A DNA stretch of 64,000 nt. Origin: Octopus sinensis (Eukaryota). Of the stretch, positions 50,147 through 63,859 are shown piece by piece. A program made the position numbers and the translations under genes. The first letter of the stretch is position 1; each line of letters begins with the position of its first letter. The stretch lies in NCBI RefSeq assembly GCF_006345805.1, contig NC_043016.1, positions 6,882,001-6,946,000 of the forward strand. The letters are read 5' to 3'. The notes under the pieces are model-generated. The model was not told the origin of the DNA and searched no databases. It was given only the letters and a program-made list of their open reading frames with translations.

Positions 50147-53100
50147 AGTCATCAGACGGTAGCAAAACACTATTGCTACCACTGGCTACTAAACATCGCA
50201 GCGTGAACACCGCTGTCACACACCATCACCACCACCAACCACAACAACAACAAATCTAAACGCCGCCACTCACCATCGCCACTGGCCACCACGAGGCTGA
50301 GTTGCAAGTGAAGCGTGACGCAGAAACAGAAAAACAGGATGCTCTGTTAGCATACGCCGAACCTGACAACTCCACCACCATCAACAGCAACAAATACAAA
50401 ACAAAGGTCGCAAGGCCAAGCACCGTCACACCATCAGTGAGTCAACCACCACCACCAACACCATGGCAGAATCTGCTACTAAAACTGCTATCCCTACTAA
50501 AGATATCGCCACCAATAACAACACCAGCATCACCATCACCGCCACCAAAGACCGTGCCGTCAATGCTACTAATACTACAACACCACCGCCGTCACCAAGA
50601 ACGACAATAACCCAACAACAACAACAACAACAACAACGATGACGACAACACAATTCCCTTCAACCACTGCTCACTCCATCACCAACAAGTGAAAAAAATA
50701 CGACGACAAGCCAACGAAATGCCGAAATTTGCGCTAATGCAGGACTAAATTACGCAGGCAATTTTCCACCACCCTTGCTAGTTGCATAATCAGCAACCAC
50801 AAACCTACAACCCACACCCCTGCCATCAACACCACACCACCGGCAGTAACAACAATAACAAAACAACAACAAACTTCGCCGAGGCGATAAAAGAAAAGGT
50901 AACAAAAGTTTCGTTTACTACACAACAGATTAAAGATTGCAGAAACCTTATTACAAATCAAAACGGAAAAATAACTCTTACACATACCTCAGCACACTGA
51001 ATGAGGAGAAAAAAAAGACAATTGTATATAAATCACAAATAAAAAACAAAAAGTCCAGAAAAGGCAAGCACAACAAAGTCGAAAAGTGCTTACGCCCCAT
51101 CTGGGATACAAGGATTGTGTGACTTGGGCGAACAAGTTCGCACACGTACAGGTGGTTTTTCAGAATGAAGATTGGCGAAGAAATTCTCAACGATAACCCT
51201 TCATTCTGATGAACTAACGTTGACACCGAGTTACCTCGGCCAGAAGGTGACGAAAGTCATTATCAGTGGTGTCCCCCAAGTGACTACAACACTGTGGATT
51301 ACATCCGCATTAACATCCGAAATGGAGGACTTAAACATCCTAGATATCGGTGTTTCGGAAAACAAGGACTGGCTGGGAAAGAGAATAGAGTTCCTCTTCC
51401 ACATAAGTCAAGAGACATAAATAAAATCCCCACCCACGTACATCTTGAGGATGGCCGCAAGTTATACGTAGTAGTCGAGGGCAGAAGGCCACGATGCTAT
51501 ACATGTGGCAGTGAGGCACACCTCAAAAGGAGTGCAAATCTGCCGCAAAATTACAACAACAACAACACAGCCACAGGAAAATCACAAAGCCAGGATTATT
51601 GCCCACACCACAATATGGACAGCTAGTCAAGAAGCTGTATGCGGAAATGCAGGAAAAAAACAAAGAACACCAACCCAACCAAACAACACCAACACCAGCG
51701 CCAAGAACAGAATCATCACCACCACCAACCATAAACCAATTCCAACACCAAGAACGACAGCAAAAACCCAAAGAACAGAAAACAAAGAAAACACACACAA
51801 ACTGATCTGATCCCCATCCCTTATACCGCACTCAACACACACAAACACTCAACAACCAACAACAACGAAAACAACAACACAACAACCACTTACACAGACA
51901 TACATAGAAGCCCACAACATACCCCTACCCCCTTCTGATTCCTCAGAAATTTCGTCGGAAGACGAAACCAGTGAGGAATGGCAAATAGCTACAAAAAGAA
52001 GGAAATAAAGAGCAGAAACACAACCAAACCAATGCAAACACGAACAAAGCAGGGGAAATACATCTCCCGAAGACATTTCAAAACCAACGCAACAACAGCC
52101 ACACCAACACCACAAAAACATATACAGCAAACATGCTCACAGCCATAGACACCAAAAACAAATTTGATGGAATACATCCAATCAAAAACAAACATAACAG
52201 AAGATGACATAAAAACAACAATCACCCATACACAACACCACCAGACCACATCAAAATATACACATCTCCAAAAGTCTGCACCACACACTCAAAGGCATTT
52301 TCCCCAGTGCGGTTGGTAAATGCCAAAATATCTCACAAAGAAACTGTACTGGGATCTTCTCGAGGACAACCAACGGAGGAGAAAGCAAAAACTTTCGAGC
52401 AGTAAGTAACCCTCTGTATTCTAATTCATTAGAACTATGATCAAGATTGGTTGTGTAAATGCGCGTGGCTTGGGGTCCCCTTGGAAACAAGGGTACCTCT
52501 TAAATGACATAAAGTCACATAAGTTAGAAATCATAGCCATAAGCGAGACCAGACTCCACAATCCGCGGGCCCTAAAGACCATGTTTGGCGGACAGTTCAA
52601 CATTTATTTTTCCCCCTGTCTGCCGAGAATGGGCGGTAGTGGCACCGCGGTACTTTTTCACAAGAGTCTGGATCTCAATGTAAGGACAATATTCGTAGAC
52701 CCGGAGGGTAGACTGGTCGTCCTGGATGTCGACGGCAGCAATGGGTGCGCTTTTCGACTCGTATCAGTTTACGCACCGCCCTTAACAGGTCGGGCGGATT
52801 TCTTTCAACGTCTAGAAGTTTTCTTGGGACGTCTCGTCCTTTACTCTTAGTGGGGGATTGGAATGCTACCTTGGACACGCATGTAGACTACGTGGGTAGA
52901 GATAGGAATAGACGGGGATGCAAATGCCTCAGAGACCTGCTCAGACGCTTTCAACTGTCTGACAGGTTTCCGACTAGACCACCCGAATGCGCCAACGTGG
53001 ACATGGAGCAACCGCATCGGGTCGTCGAGATCGTATCTAGATAGGATACTGTGTAGGACAGTAGATAGAGATAGCATAGGATGTCCACAATTCCACATAG

Positions 53101-56100
53101 TCAGCTACACGGATCACAAACTTGTGACATGTACGCTAGACTTAGGTAAGACACTTAGGCAGGGTCCCGGATACTGGAAACTAAACGCGTCTTTCCATCG
53201 AGACAAGTTTTCAGAGACCGGATTAGCACACTAGTAAAGAGGGCTTTGACGGGAGCCATCATCAACAACAAATGGTGGTTTGCCCTCAAGAGAGCAGTAA
53301 AAGCAGAAGCGATTAGGTACAGCAAAGCACTAGCCATATATAGAAATAGAGTAGAGGGTGAGCTAGTTAAGAAGCTAGAAGAGGCAATTAGAAGCGGCAT
53401 CGCATCCGACGTTTTGGCGGCGAGGTTGGCCCTCGACCAACACTTCAACGCCAACACGAAGGATGTGCTGTCAGAGCTAGGATGCGTGCTCTAAGGAACG
53501 AAGGTGTTGGAGCCGCGAGAGAGGCCCGGGTGGCAGAGGCGCAACAGGGCAACAAAGCCACCATTCGGTCACTGGTAGATGAACAGGGGCGCGAATTGCT
53601 CGAGCCAAGTAAAATGTGTGAGGCCTTTCAGCAACATTTTGCCCGACTGTTCGGAACGAGTGGAGGGCAAGAACGTAGGGTGGACTTCAGTGCCTACCTA
53701 CATAGCCTACCACGACTCTCGACAAGAAAGGCAGGGTGCGAAGGTGCCATCACGGCGGCGGAAGTGCGGGAAGCGATGGCAGAATGCTCGAGGGACAAAT
53801 CACCGGGTTTGGATGGTCTACCCTACGAGCTTTACAATTGTATGCCAGACTTGTTTGGAGATCTCTTGGCGGCGGTGTACTGCAACTGGCAGCAAAACGG
53901 GAGCATTCCTGGTTTTGTGAGCCGAGGAGCCGTAACACTGCTGAAGAAAGATCTAAACAAGGGAAATGTAATAGATAACTTTAGGCCCATCACTCTGCTT
54001 AATGCAGACTTGAAAATTTTGGCCAAGGTGCTAGCCAAGAGGTTGGCGCTTGTCATCGAGAAACTGGTCGACAAGGCGCAAACATGCGCCGTGCCAGGCC
54101 GGACCATCCATGACAACCTCCATCTGATGCGCTACATCATAGACAGGGTAGTTAACGAACCTGGCATGGGTGGGGCCCTGATCAACTTGGATCAATCGAA
54201 AGCCTTTGATAGGGTAGACCATCGATACTTGGAGGCAGTCCTGAGAGCGGCTGGTTTCGGTCCCGTCTTCCGCGGCTGGATAGCTGCCTTGTACAGAGGC
54301 ATCCGTTCGGTAATTCGCGTAAATGGACATCTATCGAGACCTTTCGACATTGCACGTTCGGTCCGTCAGGGATGCCCCCTCTCGGCGCTTCTATACGTAT
54401 TGACTCTTGAGCCACTACTGCGGAAGCTGGCGACTCTAAGGGGCATCCCGCGAGAATTGGGATGCGGGACGAGCGTGTCTGCATACGCGGACGACGTCAC
54501 CGTCATAGTGTAAGCCACGAGCACATCGAGCTGGTCGGCGAGACACTGAAAACTACGAAGCGGTGACAGGAGCGAAAATCAACCGGGAAAAGTCAGTGGG
54601 CTTGCGACTAGGCACCTGGAGAAGCAAGCCCATGCCGTCCACCAGCGCCTCCGTCGTGGGACGCTGGACCGACGGCCCGTTTGAGTTGCTCGGGGTCTGG
54701 TTTGGTCCGGACCTCCAAGTGGAGAAGAACTGGAACGAGATAACGAGTAGGGTGGTCACTCTCTCCCGGCAATGGGCCGAGAGGAAACTGTCCCTAAAAG
54801 GTCGAGCGGAGGTGGCGAACACGTACATCGCGTCCGTCATCTACTACCCCCGCCTGACCGTCGTACCTTGTCCCGACCCTACCATCACCAAACTACAACG
54901 CATCCTCTTTCGCTTCTTGTGGAAAGGATGCGTCCCGATGGTCAGGCGCGATCCATTTGCTGTCAACACCCGTTAAAAGGAGGGCTGGGCATGCCGTGGT
55001 TGATGATGCGCAGACACGCTGAGACTGCGACATCTCTGGCTCTATGTAGACGACGGTGAACAGGTGTGGTCGCCGTTTTGAGGCACGCTTTCCCGCAGCT
55101 CGTCTCCATGACCGAACTGCAGTCGTGGATCAAAAAGAGGCCGAGGAAGGGCGAATGGCACCGCGAGTGTCGCGTTGCTCTCAAGCAACTCTGCCGTCCT
55201 GGGTCGACCTTAAGTGACTTCAACACAAACCAAAGCATTCTATAGGGGTTTAGTGGAGGGGAGGTACGACGACGAGCTCGGGGCGAACCTGGACGTCGAC
55301 GAGGAGTACCTGACCCGCCTGTTCGGGACGACTTTCGGGCCAGGGCCCATGGACAACTTCCAGAGATCCCTGGCCTGGCAGTGCTACCGAGAAGCGCTAC
55401 CCGTTCGGGATAAGCTCTACAGACACGGCTCGAGAAACACGGGGCCGACCTGCCCGAGATGCGGTCAGAGCGACGAAACCGTTCTGCACGCACTCGTTCA
55501 GTGTCCAACAATTTCCGACCTGTGGGCTTATGTCGAACAACTGCTGTCACGTGTGGGACGAGTCGGTTTATCAGCTGAGTCTATCGTCAATATTGTCACG
55601 CCTCCTTCCTTCAAACGGGAAGGAAGAGCTATTTTCATCATCCTTGTGGCTATGGCGAAAGAATGTATCTGGTGGACGCGTCTGAAAGGATTGGAGACAA
55701 ACACTTTCCTCTCTGGTCAATCTCTCATCAACTTCTTCAAGTACCACTTGAAAAGGAAAGTGAGAGTAGAGAGGCAAGTTTTGTCTAGCGAATGTTTTAA
55801 AAAAAGATGGGTGAATGTAGCAAGAATGGCACGTATGAATGACGAAGCCACCTTGAGCATAGTCCTATGAACCCAGAAATCGAAAACAGAGAGTTGCTTA
55901 TTTGCAAAAAAAAAAAAAAAAAAAAGAAATATAAATGTGACTTCATTGACCGAGGTTACCGTGGTCTTTTCCGTAGGCTTTTCTTTCCACCACGGTAAAC
56001 CTCACCTGTCCTCCCCTTTACACTTCATATTGACATTTCTGTGATAACGATCCCTATTGATCAATTTTTTTTCCTCTCCCCCCTTTTTTTTTTTTTTTAA

Positions 56101-56264
56101 CCCCCCCTTTTTTTTGTCCTCTTTCTCTCCTTTTACGATCCCTTTTGATCGAAACTCCCTTTCTTTCTTTTTTTTTTTTTTTTTTTTTTTAAACCTTCAA
56201 AGAAAAGCTCTACCTTGTAATTTGTTCTATCTGTGTGCAGCCCTGTGTGGCTAATAAAGAAACA

Positions 56265-56265
<1 letters not shown>
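50147..56265 (+). mobile_element. Near full-length Tx1-like L1-clade LINE (5' UTR, ORF1, ORF2, 3' UTR with AATAAA)
   Basis: ORF1 with CCHC knuckle (about 51495-51530); ORF2 52437-55870 with AP endonuclease (INARGL/ISETR, VGDWNA, TDH), RT (QGCPLS, YADD at 54484-54495) and C-terminal CPRC..ETVLHAL..C; AATAAA 56253-56258 then (ATCT)n. 5' boundary approximate. Confidence 0.92.
52437..55870 (+). pseudogene. Tx1 ORF2 (endonuclease/reverse transcriptase) broken by several frameshifts
   Basis: Consecutive ORFs 52437, 52745, 53246, 53482, 54563 and 55214 tile one protein with frame changes. Confidence 0.9.
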
Positions 56266-56332
<67 letters not shown>

Positions 56333-56394
56333 ATCTATCTATCTATCTATCTACCATCTATCTGTCTATCTATCTATCTATCTATCTATCCATC

Positions 56395-56437
<43 letters not shown>

Positions 56438-56479
56438 CATCTATCTGTCTATCTATCTATCTATCTATCTATCTACTTC

Positions 56480-56520
<41 letters not shown>

Positions 56521-56670
56521 TATCTATCTATCTATCAGCCTATCTATCTATCTATCTATCTATCTTCTTCTATCTATCTACTATCTATCTATCTATCTAT
56601 CTATCTATCATCCATCTATCTACTGTCTGTCTGTCTAGCTATCTATCTATCTATCTATTTATCTATCTAA

Positions 56671-56712
<42 letters not shown>

Positions 56713-56760
56713 TACATCTGTCTGTCTATATGTTCTGTCTGTCTGTCTATTCTATCGATC
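56266..56760. repeat. (ATCT)n/(GTCT)n array
   Basis: Direct reading. Confidence 0.95.
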
Positions 56761-56774
56761 GATCATCTTCTTTC

Positions 56775-57474
56775 TTCTATCTCAGATGAAAGAGCTATCT
56801 AAATATTGGAAAAGAGTTATCAGTATCATGATGAATCATGGCGGATATCAAGATGTTGCCACCATGACAGCTACTCGATGCTCTGTGAGCACTGTAAAGG
56901 CTGTAAGATGACATGGACACCATGAAAACCAAGTTCACTTAAACTGTGATGGTCTTTGGGTGTGCTTCCAGTGAAGGTAACGGCAGGCCGCTCCATATGA
57001 CACTGCAGGGAACTGTGTTCAAATCCTGGTTTGCGAGGTTTGCCACTGGATGGCCATATGTATGACAGCAGGATTCAACTCGTTTCCATACCCCCAGAAA
57101 TAGTCAGAAGTGGTTGTCGAAGAATTTCCACTATTTCACCAGTTCCAATTTCTGGCCTCCAAATTTTCCGGTTGAGATTCCATGGATTACTGTGTGAGGG
57201 GTGCGGTTGAGTAAGACACCAACTATTCTACCTGCAACACCAAGGCCAAGCTGGTGGGGAAGAACAAGGAGGTGTTCCCAGGGACACAATGCGGAGCATA
57301 TACACCAGATTCCGAATCAGTCTTGAAGCCACGGTGGAATCTGGCGTCGGCTTTTCTCAGCCATAATCTAGTTGATATTTTTGATTTAAAAAAAAATACT
57401 TTTATTTTTGGGATGTGAAAGGTGTGTTTTCGTTTCCTTTTATGAAAACTGTCAAATTTATCCTTAACACCCTG
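56775..57474 (+). mobile_element. maT/DD37D-type Tc1-mariner transposase remnant with right TIR
   Basis: VMVFGCASSEG, QQDSTRFHT..SQKWLSKNF, FWPPN, NTKAKLV; ends ACACCCTG|TA. Confidence 0.75.
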
Positions 57475-58692
57475 TATATAATACTTATAATATGTGTGTG
57501 TATACGTAATACACACGCACACACACACATATTATATATCATTACGACATTTAACTTCAAATGGATATGTTGTTTAGGTCACCTTAAACTATTATTAACG
57601 TCCAGAGACATTAATATTAGTTTAATATTACTAATAACATGAGTTAGTAACGTCCAGAGACGTTAATAACTCATTTTGACAACACGTGCTCATTAAGCGT
57701 TGATTATATCGGATGACGAAATGATTGTCTGCACCAGTGGATTGTTCTATCGCATCACACAATTTCATTGTTCTGCGTTTCATCAGCCGCAGCCTGCCTC
57801 ACACCGAATGCCATAACGAAAATCAGTCGAGCCGATATAGTATACAAATGGCCAAACAGTAACGTCGGGCATATCCGGTGGGCTACGAATAAATTATCTA
57901 TTAGCGACAGTCCCTCTGTTAGCATATGCAAATTAAATTGGATCTGTTGATTAGATCGCCTTAAACTGCCGTCACTTCAGCGATTCCCCTACGTCCTGGC
58001 AACACGACTATCACAGGAGGATCCCCGTCCAGCGGATCAGCAGTAGTAGCCTTCCTCACAGTGAATGCTAGAACGAATAAAACCAGTCCATATATGTGTG
58101 CGTGTATATTATGCATATGTTTAGTATGATTAAAATTTAAATTGCATGAATATTAGCAGTGGCAGGCAAACAGAATAGGCGAGAGATATAGACAAACAGA
58201 CAGATAGACAGATAGACAGACAGAGAATATGCTTGTAGAACTCAGTGGACGTAGGGGTGTGTATGTGTGTGTGTGTGTTCATATGTATTACGCTAAAATG
58301 ATTGTGTTTCAGTTCAATTTCGGTGTTGCTTTTTCACTTTGTATTTTTCCAGACTATCCCAGTTTTATCATTAGGATATGAAGTTATACTGGCTTCTGTA
58401 CTGCCTCTTTCATAGTGGCTGGCTTTTGTTTATGCAGACTTAACCACCAGAATAGTTGATAGTTAGACTTCTCGATGTTATCAGGTACATATTTCGTCCG
58501 TTAAATTTATGTTTATCCTATTTGTGATCTGTTTGCATTTTATTTGTTCATTTTAGCTTTGTCTTGAGGCATGACTATTACTTCTATACTTTATTATTTA
58601 TTTTGTTGTGGGGAATTCCATATAATTTCATTCTATTTACAAGTATTTTTCTGTTTTGCTTTGCTTTTTGGCTGTGGTATACTGTTACAATT

Positions 58693-58892
58693 TAGGGCGG
58701 TGAGCTGGCAGAAACGTTAGCGCACCGGGTGAAATGCGTAGCCGTATTTCGTCTGCCGTTACGTTCTGAGTTCAAATGCCGCCGAGTTCGACTTTGCCTT
58801 TCATCCTTTCGGGGTCGATAAATTAAGTACCAGTTACGGACTGGGGTCGATGTAATCAACTTAATCCGTTTGTCCGTCCTTGTTTGTCCCCT
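58693..58892 (+). mobile_element. 3'-truncated Meta-like SINE, 21-bp TSD
   Basis: TSD CTGTGGTATACTGTTACAATT at 58672-58692 and 58893-58913. Confidence 0.9.
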
Positions 58893-59429
58893 CTGTGGTA
58901 TACTGTTACAATTGCTCCGTGTAAATGCATAGTGAACAGTAACATCTCGGCCCCTGCAGGAAAAATGTGTATGGTAAAGCTAATTGTTATGGTGCAGAAA
59001 GGCAGGATAAAGTGGTTAATACGAAGCATTAGGTAAAGTGAAGGCGTTTGGTCTAATCGTTATGATGTTTCACTCATGATTGCAAGATTGTGGTTTCGAT
59101 TCCCAGGCCATGTGATGCATCTTGTTATTCAATAACTATAAATTAGAAACCTTGCGAAGGAATGGCATCCCGTTCAGTAGGGATGTTGTGATCTTGGTCA
59201 TCTATGCGCCATAGAAACTGGGTAAATGGCCCTGTGAGTCCTAGGACTGAAGACATAAATCTCCAGAGATTGAAGCAACTAAGGAGTTCTTCGATGGAGA
59301 TGGCACGAGTAGACCCAGTACTGAAGAGCTGTAATCTCTGTACTTATGGAAGAAAAGGCAGAGAGGGGACTGAGTATTGTTCATGAGCAACATCATGATA
59401 ATCAGTCGTGTGGCCTTATTTATTTAGGA

Positions 59430-59875
59430 TATTCACACATACATACATACTTATACACACACACATACATACATACATACACACATACATACATACATAC
59501 ATACATACACACATACATACATACATACATACACACATACATACATACATACATACATACACACATACATACATACATACATACATACATACACACATAC
59601 ATACATACATACATACATACATTCATACATACATACATACATACATACATACATTCATACATACATACATACATACACACATACATACATACATACATAC
59701 ATACATACATTCATACATACATACATACATACATACATACATTCATACATACATACATACATACATACGTACGTACATACATACATATATACATAAATAC
59801 ATACATACATACATACATACATACATTCATACATACATACGTACATACATACATACAGACAGACAGACTGACATC
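59430..59875. repeat. (TACA)n array
   Basis: Direct reading. Confidence 0.95.
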
Positions 59876-60084
59876 AACATCCGGAAACGCTCTCAGAAAC
59901 TACTGTCAACAAAGGCACTAACACTTACACACACACACGCGCGTGCACACATGCACGCAAGTATACGTAATACAGTTGAGGTCACACCCAGTAACTTTCG
60001 AATGGAACTGCCCCAGTTTAAAACGTGTCACTGATGATCAATTACAGTCGCATGTCTCTCACTATTACAATATCACCAACATCC

Positions 60085-60377
60085 TTCTCTTCTTCCTCCT
60101 CCTCCTCCTCCTCCTCCTCCTCCTCCTCATCATCATCATCATCATCATCATCATTGTGGTCGTGCTTTCCGTCGTCGCCGCCGTCGTGGTCGTCAATGTC
60201 GCAATCCTCCTCCTCCTCATCATCATCATCATCATCATCACCACCACCACCACAACTGCAGCCACAACCACAACTGCAGCCACCACCACAACCACCACCA
60301 CAACCACCACCACCACAACTGCAGCCACCACCACAACCACCACCACCACAACTGCAGCCACCACCAGCATCATCACC

Positions 60378-60429
<52 letters not shown>

Positions 60430-60440
60430 GCAGCAACAAT
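60085..60440. repeat. Compound trinucleotide array (CTC)(CAT)(CGT)(CAC)(CAG)n with a CACAACTGCAGCCAC sub-repeat
   Basis: Direct reading. Confidence 0.93.
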
Positions 60441-60853
60441 GACTGCGATGGCAGTAGCGATTTGCGATATTTGTTCTTGCTCTGCGTAATTCAAATCCTG
60501 CCGAGATAAAACTTTGCCTATCATGTCTCCAAGGTCACTACAATAAAGTATCAGTGAAGCTTCTCTGCTTAGTGGCTGTGGCAAAAACAGGCCGAGGGGG
60601 CAGACCCATTTGAAAGGTTTGAAGACAGGCACATTCCTATCCGACCGAGCTCTCAACACTTTCTTCTAATATCATTTTAAGAAGATGGTGAGGATAGAGA
60701 GGGAGGTACTGCCCTCTAGTGAGTTTATCAAAAGATAGACAAGAATGACCGGTGAGATTGAGTATGCTTTTCTAAATAGGGGAAAAGAAAAAAAATTGGA
60801 AGCTGGTACTTCTCATGCTTTGAGTATAGTAGAGCAATCCATAGCGTTTTCTG

Positions 60854-60889
<36 letters not shown>

Positions 60890-60990
60890 TAAAAACGGTA
60901 AGATAACAAAAGAAAGAAAGAGACCTCAATATTATGTAAATAGAGGAAATTTATCTGTAAAAATAATATGTGACAATTATTCGGTAGCCA

Positions 60991-61052
60991 AGATAAAACT
61001 CTGAGTTTCGGATGCCGAGGTGGAAATCCACACCACCATCTCTTCAGTAATC
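60991..61052 (-). ncRNA. Type I hammerhead-like motif (core CTGAAGA) in Penelope-type end about 60885-61100
   Basis: Minus strand GATTA-CTGAAGA-GATG..CATC-C-GAAA-CTCAGAG-TT-TTATC; same family as 7586-7648; one mismatch in stem I and an extra C before GAAA. Confidence 0.6.
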
Positions 61053-61539
61053 CGGCCATCGGAAAAATGATATGAAAAATGACAGTTATACAAATGGAAA
61101 TTACTATGTAATGGACCGCTATTTATACTATAGCGCTATTCGAATGACCGCTAATAAGATAGAAGTTGCTGATTAGCCTGTTCAGGATAGCACACGTTTG
61201 ACTTGCCTGATCAGACCACCCATGACAGGGGCTAACATTTTCGCTGAAACATCGGTCAGAAGGCCAAGGTTTTAAATTCTGTGTTTAGTAGAATTATGGG
61301 CCAAAAATTGCCAAGCAAGTTTCCTTTGTTGGCGTCCTTTTCCGGCAGCGTTACTACATACCAATTCACAGTACTAGGAATTCTACCATTCTGCTACCAT
61401 TTACGGTACACGCCAAACAAGATGCCGCCAAAAAAGTCTGGTATGAACTCGTAGAATTCATGAGGCAGTTCATCCAAATCGAGAGATTTGTCCCTTGTGC
61501 GTATTTCATATTTAACAGAAGATGTAAGTCTCAGCGAAA

Positions 61540-61790
61540 ACCCGTTATTACACACACCATGAGAACTAAGGATTTCGAGAACAGCATTGCTTCCTCGTCT
61601 TCAGATTCCGACAGTCCACAAGATAAGAAGACCCCACAGTCGTCGAAAATGAGCGCGAGTGTGTGTGCTCTAGAGATCCTCGTCTCGCTGATGGCTATCA
61701 CATGAATATCGAGTAAAAATGTAATCATTGAACAAGTGGCCTTGCTTCCAAGCTGACTCCAGACTGCGCACATACACGTACCCACTCTCA
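61540..61790 (-). mobile_element. Tx1-like endonuclease N-terminal fragment
   Basis: DIHVIAISETRI..FLSCGLSES..AMLFSKSL parallels 52520-52670. Confidence 0.65.
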
Positions 61791-62360
61791 GCACAGTCGT
61801 GATTATAAGAAACTAGAAAGGAAGTCATTCGCATTGTCCTTTGAAGCGACTGTTTCCTGAATTCTCATCCTAATAGTCTTTTACCTTATATTCTTGAAAA
61901 TTCACACGCAGACAGGAGTTTATCAACGTCCAGTACTTATTTTACTTACTTTAGAGAAGAGAAGAGCAAAGTTTACTCTGGCAGTTATTTCTTTTACATA
62001 TCATATAAGGATGAAAAACAAAGTTGTTCTCAGCGAGATTTGAACTCAGAACGAGACAAGTATTGTAGAGCATTTTTTACACGCTCTAGCATGTCTGCTA
62101 GCATGCCAATAAAAAAAAGATTAACAAAGAATTGCTTCCATATGTTACATATGGGTTAATTCAATAAATCATTTTCTAATCGTCTTCATGGAAAAAACAA
62201 AACAAATCTATTGATTGCTTTTAAAAAGTAAATTTGCCCTCATATACGTATATATGTGTAGGTTTTTCAAATGCTGTTGTTGTTGTTAATGATAATGGCG
62301 GTGGCGGTGGTGGTGGCTCTGCTGATAGTGGTTCTAGGGTTTGTTGCTTTGGAATTATTA

Positions 62361-63197
62361 CGAGATCTGATCAATAAGTACCCAGATTGTTGCCATATCA
62401 ACGAAGCTAAAGCATACAGACTAAGGCCACTTGACAGAAATTGAGCTTCAACTCTACTGTGCATGTGCACTAAGTTTTAACGTTCTAACTCACTTCTGCT
62501 GTTTACAGCAGTACTTGGAAGGAAGGTGTGTAGCATGTGATCGTCGCATTGACCATGACAAAGTTGTCATGGTGATACCTGCTCAGAGACCTATGCAAAA
62601 GTTGCAGAAAGTGTATAGAGAGGAGTGTATGAGCCGCATACAAGTGTACGAGTGGTTCAGACGTTCCAAGATGGTCGAAAAAATGTCGATACTGACGAAC
62701 ATTCAGGGAAACCCGCAACCAGCAGAACTGAGAAAAACATTGCAGATGTGCTTGCAGCTGTGAGGGGAAATCGTCAAATCACCATCCGTGGGTTATTAGA
62801 GGATGCGTAGATTTGTTACGGTTCAGTTCAGTCCATTATCACTGAAGATTTGGGTATGAGACGCGTGTCTACCAAGTTTGTGCCAAAGCTGCTTTCAGCT
62901 GACCAAAAAGACACTCGGGTTTCAGTTGCACAAGATCTTCTTTTTGAAAACTTTGCGCAGGCCTCTGAGCAAGTATCGCCAAGCTTTTGGCAAAATTTGA
63001 TGCAAATTGTTTGCTCAACTTTGTCATGGTCAATGTGACGATCACACGCTACACACGTTCCTTCGAAGCACTGCTGTAAGCAGCAGAAGCGAGCTAGAAC
63101 GTTAAAACTTAGTGCGCATGCACAGCAGAGTTCAAGGTCAATCTGCTTTAGCTTCGTTACTATGGCAACAGTCCGGATACTTATTGATCAGACCAGG
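62361..63197 (+). mobile_element. Mariner derivative with two left ends (fold-back)
   Basis: TA-flanked TIRs; HTH coding segment (VYEWFRRF..GKPATSRT, RRVSTKFVPKLL); 62941-63197 is an inverted copy of the 5' end. Confidence 0.85.
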
Positions 63198-63859
63198 TAT
63201 GCTCTTTGGCGTTTGTGTCAAGTTTACGAATTTGCGGTGTTTCAAAGGGTTTTACTTCTAATTTCCTATATATATATATATATATATTAGGAAAAAAACC
63301 CATTTTATCAATTCAAAATGAACAATTAAATTACACCTTCTAGAAAATTACATATAATAGAAATATTAAAATTAAAATAACAATAATATACCGATGATTA
63401 AGTAAATTGCAAAATAATAATAATAAAAACGTATATATTTTGTGAAATTTGATTTAGTATTTCTAAATTGAATTTTTCCCTGTAATTTAGGAATAATATT
63501 CCCCCAAATAATAATAATAATATTTATTATATATATATATATATTGTGTGGTGGGTTTATGCTCTTTTTCTCTTCTTTTGTTTCCCCTCATTGGTGATAG
63601 TTTGCTATGTTTCGGTCCACTCATCTTTCTCCGTGACATTTGCCGAGGAATCCCTGGGGTTGGTCAAGTCATGTTGAAAAGTGTCAGCATCATTGGTTTG
63701 GGGAGAAGGCTTTTTTTTAAGAAACTTGTTCTTCCGAGGTTGGTGGTATCTCCTGCTTTCGCTTGTATTTTTTCTTTTTTTTTTGAGCATTTGTGTAGCA
63801 ATTTTGAGGGAGGAGTTTAATCGATACTATTGATCCTAGGTCTTATTATTCTTACTTTA

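Noticed and set aside
58353-58484. Coding exon between strong-looking splice sites
   Set aside because: All three frames contain stops with either acceptor (58353 or 58438); it could only be non-coding, and there is no further support.
59232-59256. Hammerhead-like CTGTGA-GTCC-TA-GGAC-TGAAG
   Set aside because: The core lacks a base, GAAA is absent, and no stems I or III can be formed.
59943-60659. Poly-Ser/Pro/Gln/Ala ORFs resembling transcription-factor low-complexity regions
   Set aside because: Compound triplet microsatellite open in several frames on both strands, with no flanking domain or convincing splice sites.
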